NCBI GenBank assembly: GCA_037128175.1
Contig: JBAXWY010000063.1
Location: forward strand, 1-11,184
DNA length: 11,184 nucleotides
Direction: 5' to 3'
Source: Methanothrix sp.
Lineage (GTDB): Archaea > Halobacteriota > Methanosarcinia > Methanotrichales > Methanotrichaceae
Position 1 is the stretch's first letter, and every line of letters begins with the position of its first letter. The position numbers and the translations under genes were made by a program. Positions 6,037-11,184 of this stretch are shown here, piece by piece. The notes under the pieces were generated by a model. That model was not told where the DNA came from and did no database searches. It was given only the letters and a program-made list of their open reading frames with translations.

Positions 6037-9000
6037 TCAGCCCTCTGTTCCAGAATCCACCTCTAATTCCAAAACCGGGTCCATGTTCATACCCGGTTCC
6101 GGCGCGCTCAGGTTCCAGGCGGGCGGCTCCCAGCCGTCGTATCTGAAAGTCTTGGCTGCGACGCCTGTTCGCGTGATTTCGATGTAGGCTGATGCATCCA
6201 TGGTATCGTAGCCCGTGCCGTCTATGGCCGTGGCATCGATATGAACGGTGCTGGTGTAGCCTCCATCTCGCAAAGCTTTTGCTGTGTAGTCTATGGTCTC
6301 AGTCCGACCAGGCTTGATCTCAGGCAAGGCCCAGACCATCTGGCCGATGCTGTCGGTATTGGGGTTGATCGAGGCACCAAGCAAGGTCATGCCGCCTGGC
6401 AGCTGATCAGTCACCGTCACAGCTACGCTATCCTTCGCATTGTTCTCTACTACGATACGGTAGTGCACCTCGGTCGGATCGCTCTCATCCAGCCATGCCT
6501 TCTTTGAGACCAGAACTTCTGGCGGACAGCAGGTCTGCCAGCCGAACTCCAGGGAAGAGTAGTTTCCGGCACAGACGGATTTGTCACCTGTCACACCGCA
6601 GGCTACTACACGGTTGACTAAATTATTTCCCGGAGATCCTTCGGTCACGTTTAGAGTGAGTCCGATGGTTATCGTGTTGCCTATGCCCAGGTGAACCAGA
6701 GTCCAGTTGGCTTCATTAGCAGCGAGACTGGCGGGCCTCATGGTTGACTTTACGTACTGCGTGCCTGCCGGGAACATGTCCCTTACGTAGACGGGAGCCA
6801 GGGCACTGTTACCGTCATTGGTTATGGTTATGGTGTACTCGGCCTGGGTGGCATTCACTTTGTTGTACCACTCATTCTTGATTCGGCCTTCCTTGATAAC
6901 CGTCAGGTGGGGTATGTCGTACTTCGAGGTGCCGGTCAGAAGGACATGCCTATTGATGTCATAGGTGCCCACATAGCGTTCCTCATTGTCCACCACGCTC
7001 GTGCCGTTCTCGCCATGCGATAGGACTCTGTAGTCTGCCGTGCCACTGAAGCTGGCCTCGGTCTTCATCTCGTTCAGGCCCGATGAAACCGTCTCTTTCT
7101 GCAGGTTGTCGAGATAAGAGTACTTCTCGCTGATCAGCGTTCCTGGAGATGTGCTATTGGCCAGGCAGCTCGAGGCCTTCAGTAGTCGGGATGGACCGGT
7201 GTCTGTAACGAGGTTCGCACCGCTCAGGCCGCCGCTCTTGGACCACATGCCTTCACTCCATTTCATGTCTTGATCGGCAATGAAGCTTGGCGAGTAACTA
7301 TAGCCGGCGGGAGCATGGACCAGGCTGATATTCTTTGCCATGTAGCTGGTCGGGGTATCAATCAGCTCTTCGCTCTGGTAAGAGCCGGTGCCCGACTCAT
7401 AGGTTCTCTGGCTGTCCTTGATCCTCTTGTCCACGGCAACGTAGCCGAAACCTGTTGTTGATTTGTTCGAGACTACGCTGGTGCCGTACTCATCCACCAT
7501 CTCGTAGATCTTGAAGTTGCCCGCGTAGTCCTCCTGGGATTCGAAGACCGTCTTGACCTTGGGATGGGAATCAGGGGCCTGCTTCTTGAGGACGCCGATA
7601 TGGCCCTGGCCGGAGAATTCCACCTCAGTTTTCATGGTCGAGCCGTTCTTGTCCAGCTCAATGGATCTCTCTTTATTGATACTGGTGGCAGAGGTGTATT
7701 CCTCAGTCATGGAGGCGCCGGTAACAGTGTTCCTGCCTTTGGATTTCTCGGTCCATTTAGTGGCATAACCGATAGATCGGCCCTGCGGCAAGGAGAAGGT
7801 GGTGGGCTTGTGGATTGCCGAAAGACTGGTTACCGTCTTGATGGACTTGTTCTCGGTGCGAATCCTGGTCAGCTCCTCGCTCTCATATGCGCCGCTGCCA
7901 AATTCACGTCTACTCAGCTCGGTCCCGGGATCGACAATGCCGGTAGTAGCGCAGCTCGATACAGTTTCTGTGAAATCGGCCTTGGCGTAGGCGCAATTGG
8001 TTACCGATTCAGGACCCTGGTGAGTGTCGTAGTCGTTATGCACGTTTACGAAGCCCTCACCCTGCACGTCCTGAGACATGTCGTAATTGATATCGACTAC
8101 AGGGACGCGAACCACTATCTGCGCCTGGAAGCCCGGGCACGGGCCGGATTCAAGAATGGGTATAAACCAGGTTAGGCTAGAGGATGAAGCCGGTTCTGGA
8201 TAGACTGAAACAAGTTCGACTCCTGCAGGTAGAATGTCCCACACAGTGACATTTTCCAGGGGATCATCTCCTTCATTGCAGACCTCTATGGTATAGTAGA
8301 TATCTTCGCCCCGATGGACGGAAGCGTTGAGGGTGGTCTTATTTATCGTCAGACCCCCAAATCCCGGCAGAGGATTATCTTTAGAGTTACCGAACGTTAC
8401 TGTTGCACTAGGAGCTCCTTCAATGAGGTGAATGATAGTACCATTAACATCTGGTCGTAGATCGTCGCTACCTGCGCCGATGCAATTGATGGAATTCAGA
8501 ATCCAGCCTGATTGGTATTGCTCTACAATTTGGTAATCACCGGGCACTGGGAGGTTGTTGAAAGTGATGCTGTCTGACGCTCCTCCTGACCCATCATCGA
8601 CCAGCTTGAACGAGCCCGTAGGATCAAGGCTGCTTAAGAAGGCGAATTCCTGGGTACTAAAGCCAGGATCACTCATGACATCCTTGATGACCGTGATTGA
8701 TCCGACTCCCGGCAAGGGATTATCTTGAGAGTTACCGAATGTCACTGTTGCACTCTCACCTTCTTTCAGGTGGATGATAGTACCATTAAAATCTGGTCGT
8801 AGATCACTGCTATCTGCGCCGGTGCAATCGATGTAATTCAGATACCAGCCGGATTGGTATTGCTCTACGATTTGGTAATCACCTGGCACAAGGTTATTGA
8901 AAGTGGTGCTGTTTGGCTGTCCAACTTCTCCATTATCGACCAGAGTGAACGAGCCCAGTTTAACGCTGCTAAAGGTGAACGGCTGGGTACTGTAGTCCCC

Positions 9001-10074
9001 TTCAAGGGGCATGGCGTCCTTCGTGACCGTGATTGAGCCGCGCTTCGTGTTTGTGAAGGTAACGGTCACGGCCTCACTTGCGGCCAGATCGAATGAGATC
9101 GTGCCGGCCAATTTGTCAATAATTGGCGTCGAGGCTGTGCCTGTTACTGATATGTCCGTGATATCCCAGTCAACAAGGCCAGACTCGGTTATGGTGTAGG
9201 TGCCGGGCTTCAGATTGATAAGTGTCGCCTTGTTCGAATTGATGACATCTTCATCAGTAACGCCCGAATCATCATCCAGTGTGAAAGAAGATATGTAGCT
9301 CTCGGGACCCGCAGCCGTGAAAGCAAAGTCCTGTAGGTCGTTTGGTAGCGCATCTTTGACTACAACTATTGAGCCGCGCTTCGTATTTGTGAAGGTCACG
9401 GTCACGGTCTCGCCGGCAGCCAGATCGAATGAGATCGTGCCGGCCAATTTGTCAATAATTGGCGTCGAGGCTGTGCCTGTTACTGATATGTCCGTGATAT
9501 CCCAGTCAACAAGGCCAGACTCGGTTATGGTGTAAGTGCCTGCGATCAGGTCGCTGAAGGATTTCTGAGCAGTAGCCGGATCGCCGTTATCGATCAGAGG
9601 GAAGCCATCTTGGCCCGTTAAGCTGAAATCAAAAGCCTGTTGGTCGTCGGGCACTGCATCTTTGACCACGGTAATGCCGCTCAGGGGCAGGACATCGATA
9701 ATCAATTCCGAATATTCATTGCATGATTCCAGCACATTAGCGGAAATAATTACCGATATTTTGACCTTTTGAGCCAATGATGGTGCAGTCCATATAAAAT
9801 CGGGGTTTGTGTTGTCCGTGTAAGTACCCACAGTGTGACCCAGCTCATCCTCTGCATTCCAAAGATAGAGATAGCCGGGATAGCTGTGGGTGCTGAACGT
9901 ATAGGTCTGGCCTGCATAATAATCGGCAGCACTGACCGTCGAGCACAGGCAGATCAGGCACAGTATCACGGTCAAAGCCCAAATCCTGGTGGCATAGAAG
10001 TTGGCTATAAAGCCTTTAACCTCTATCTGAGAGTGTTCATTTCTTTCCGCCAATCTCGTTTTCCTTATTTGCAT
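6037..10074 (-). CDS. Large secreted surface protein: N-terminal Ig/PKD-like domain, 4 CnaB/prealbumin-like modules, 3 DUF11-like modules and a duplicated central domain
   Basis: Signal peptide ending ...ILCLICLCSTVSA. Four modules of pattern ITVxKD...Y(T/Q)I(T/V)E...VTF(T/G)N. Three DUF11-like modules (YTIEVCNEGDDPLENVTVWDILPAG; YTITITNDGNSALAPVYVRDMFPAG; YRIVVENNAKDSVAVTVTDQLPGG). AGGAGG Shine-Dalgarno upstream. Confidence 0.85.
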   Translation of the reverse strand: MQIRKTRLAERNEHSQIEVKGFIANFYATRIWALTVILCLICLCSTVSAADYYAGQTYTFSTHSYPGYLYLWNAEDELGHTVGTYTDNTNPDFIWTAPSLAQKVKISVIISANVLESCNEYSELIIDVLPLSGITVVKDAVPDDQQAFDFSLTGQDGFPLIDNGDPATAQKSFSDLIAGTYTITESGLVDWDITDISVTGTASTPIIDKLAGTISFDLAAGETVTVTFTNTKRGSIVVVKDALPNDLQDFAFTAAGPESYISSFTLDDDSGVTDEDVINSNKATLINLKPGTYTITESGLVDWDITDISVTGTASTPIIDKLAGTISFDLAASEAVTVTFTNTKRGSITVTKDAMPLEGDYSTQPFTFSSVKLGSFTLVDNGEVGQPNSTTFNNLVPGDYQIVEQYQSGWYLNYIDCTGADSSDLRPDFNGTIIHLKEGESATVTFGNSQDNPLPGVGSITVIKDVMSDPGFSTQEFAFLSSLDPTGSFKLVDDGSGGASDSITFNNLPVPGDYQIVEQYQSGWILNSINCIGAGSDDLRPDVNGTIIHLIEGAPSATVTFGNSKDNPLPGFGGLTINKTTLNASVHRGEDIYYTIEVCNEGDDPLENVTVWDILPAGVELVSVYPEPASSSSLTWFIPILESGPCPGFQAQIVVRVPVVDINYDMSQDVQGEGFVNVHNDYDTHQGPESVTNCAYAKADFTETVSSCATTGIVDPGTELSRREFGSGAYESEELTRIRTENKSIKTVTSLSAIHKPTTFSLPQGRSIGYATKWTEKSKGRNTVTGASMTEEYTSATSINKERSIELDKNGSTMKTEVEFSGQGHIGVLKKQAPDSHPKVKTVFESQEDYAGNFKIYEMVDEYGTSVVSNKSTTGFGYVAVDKRIKDSQRTYESGTGSYQSEELIDTPTSYMAKNISLVHAPAGYSYSPSFIADQDMKWSEGMWSKSGGLSGANLVTDTGPSRLLKASSCLANSTSPGTLISEKYSYLDNLQKETVSSGLNEMKTEASFSGTADYRVLSHGENGTSVVDNEERYVGTYDINRHVLLTGTSKYDIPHLTVIKEGRIKNEWYNKVNATQAEYTITITNDGNSALAPVYVRDMFPAGTQYVKSTMRPASLAANEANWTLVHLGIGNTITIGLTLNVTEGSPGNNLVNRVVACGVTGDKSVCAGNYSSLEFGWQTCCPPEVLVSKKAWLDESDPTEVHYRIVVENNAKDSVAVTVTDQLPGGMTLLGASINPNTDSIGQMVWALPEIKPGRTETIDYTAKALRDGGYTSTVHIDATAIDGTGYDTMDASAYIEITRTGVAAKTFRYDGWEPPAWNLSAPEPGMNMDPVLELEVDSGTEG
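8363..8889. repeat. Intragenic diverged direct repeat (8363-8547 vs 8708-8889), modules 4 and 3 of the 1345-aa protein
   Basis: Both copies encode PGDYQIVEQYQSGW.LN.I.C.GA.S.DLRPD.NGTIIHL.EG..ATVTFGNS.DNPLPG and align at DNA level with scattered substitutions and one codon indel. Confidence 0.9.
9032..9540. repeat. Intragenic near-identical direct repeat (9032-9204 vs 9368-9540; offset 336 bp)
   Basis: By manual alignment 9083-9198 and 9419-9534 are identical over 116 bp, encoding YTITESGLVDWDITDISVTGTASTPIIDKLAGTISFDLA. Confidence 0.95.
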
Positions 10075-10084
10075 ATATTGAATC

Positions 10085-10090
10085 CCTCCT
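10085..10090 (-). promoter_or_regulatory. Shine-Dalgarno sequence of the 1345-aa gene
   Basis: AGGAGG on the minus strand, 10 nt before the ATG at 10074, inside the 24-bp gap after the upstream gene. Confidence 0.65.
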
Positions 10091-10098
10091 CGTCCCTC

Positions 10099-11184
10099 TC
10101 AGATCACCGATACTGGCTCTATGACCAGAATTTTAGCATCCGGCTTTGGTTCGATTGTAATAGTTACCTGGCTAGTGGCGGAAGTTGAGCACGGCGCATT
10201 GGGTGTTGCTGTCAGCGTCAGAGTCACACTACCTAATGCCACCTCTGCAGCAGACGGCGTGTAGTCCGTGTCAAGGGTATTCGCATCGGGATCGAATGAG
10301 CCGGCACCGCCTGACCAGGTCACCGTTTGCCAGTTCGATGCGGTACCAGCTAACTCGACCAGGCCGTCAGAACAAATGGTCTGAGGCGGCCCGGCAACCG
10401 CTATTGCGTTTGCCTGGACTGTCAAATCAGCTGCATTTGATTCTTGCTGACAAGATCCCTCGGTGTCGTAGCTAACCAGTACCCTATACTGGTAGCCGTT
10501 ATTGGCTGATGTGCCTATCAATGAATAACTTGAGCTTGTAGCCCCCAGGATATTCGACCAGCCGGAGCCCGACTTCACCTGCCACTGGTAGTTGTAGGTG
10601 TTTGGCGGGGAGGCGGAGGCTGTCACGGAGAATGTTGCACTGGTTCCATCACAAACAGTCTGGCTGGCTGGACCGGTTAGGGTTATTGTGGGCCTAACCG
10701 TCAGAGTGGCTACGCTCGATGTGACTTCACAGAATGGGGTGGCCTTGTAACTCACCAATACCCGGTATTGCTTGCCGTTGTCGGCTGTCAATGCGGTGAA
10801 GCTGTAGCTGGGATTGGTGGCACTTGCGATATCCGTCCAAGTGGATCCTATGAGCTGCTGCCACTTGTAATTGTAAGTAGCTGTATCATCAGGAGTCACC
10901 GAGAAGAGCGCCGTGCCTTCGTTGCAGACGGTCAGTGATGCAGGACCGGCCAGGGTTATTGTGGGCCTAACCGTCAGAATGGCTACGCTCGATGTGACTT
11001 CACAGAATGGGGTGGCCTTGTAGCTCACCAATACCCGGTATTGCTTGTTGTTGTCTGCTGCCAATGCGGTGAAGCTGTAGCTGGGATTGGTGGCACCCGT
11101 GATATCCGTCCAAGTGGATCCTATGAGCTGCTGCCACTTGTAATTGTAAGTAGCTGTATCATCAGGAGTCACCGAGAAGAGCGC
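10099..11184 (-). CDS. Ig-like repeat surface/adhesin protein, C-terminal fragment (5' end beyond the right edge)
   Basis: The frame is open to the window edge. The ORF-track start at 11172 is an internal GTG, equivalent to V in ALFSVTPDD of the next repeat. Tandem 91-aa Ig-like modules (Y.WQ...W.DI..AT..SY; DN.KQYRVLVS), each complete module carrying a Cys pair. Confidence 0.85.
   Translation of the reverse strand, partial: ALFSVTPDDTATYNYKWQQLIGSTWTDITGATNPSYSFTALAADNNKQYRVLVSYKATPFCEVTSSVAILTVRPTITLAGPASLTVCNEGTALFSVTPDDTATYNYKWQQLIGSTWTDIASATNPSYSFTALTADNGKQYRVLVSYKATPFCEVTSSVATLTVRPTITLTGPASQTVCDGTSATFSVTASASPPNTYNYQWQVKSGSGWSNILGATSSSYSLIGTSANNGYQYRVLVSYDTEGSCQQESNAADLTVQANAIAVAGPPQTICSDGLVELAGTASNWQTVTWSGGAGSFDPDANTLDTDYTPSAAEVALGSVTLTLTATPNAPCSTSATSQVTITIEPKPDAKILVIEPVSVI
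10679..11184. repeat. Intragenic tandem repeat, period 273 bp (10679-10911 vs 10952-11184)
   Basis: Manual alignment gives 9 mismatches in 233 bp. A third, more diverged module follows toward about 10420. Confidence 0.95.

Noticed and set aside
165-9932. Alternative-frame minus-strand ORFs 165-365, 2330-2593 and 9750-9932
   Set aside because: They are nested in or overlap real genes in another frame and have no protein-like features.
780-10475. Plus-strand ORFs in the track (e.g. 7564-8175, 2427-2831, 3462-3857, 4316-4681, 4803-5162, 9835-10188)
   Set aside because: All lie antisense to well-supported genes and lack recognisable motifs. The similar pair 9011-9199 and 9317-9535 just mirrors the intragenic repeat.
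10679-11184. Near-identical repeat pair as a DGR template/variable repeat
   Set aside because: The mismatches are not confined to adenines of one copy on either strand, both copies are in-frame modules of one CDS, and no reverse transcriptase is in the window.

Overview
All eight complete or near-complete CDSs plus one partial CDS lie on the minus strand. The archaeal-style TATA boxes, oligo-T terminators and protein styles (COG1361-like, DUF11-rich secreted protein) suggest a methanogenic archaeon, probably Methanothrix-like; this is inference and was not searched. In transcription order (right to left): (1) the C-terminal part of an Ig-repeat surface protein cut by the window edge; (2) a 1345-aa secreted protein with four CnaB/prealbumin-like modules, three DUF11-like modules and a duplicated central domain; (3) an AT-rich intergenic region; (4) a matrixin-like zinc metalloprotease whose apparent signal peptide has no canonical start codon; (5) a compact operon of a small Cys/His DUF6788-like protein followed by znuA-znuC-znuB, whose TATA box is bracketed by a perfect 10-bp inverted repeat; (6) a COG1361-like membrane-anchored protein and the start of a second ABC ATPase. 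The best candidates for novelty are a possible non-Zur/non-DtxR zinc-sensing regulator with its operator, and possible beta-strand complementation between the two surface proteins. Both are hypotheses.
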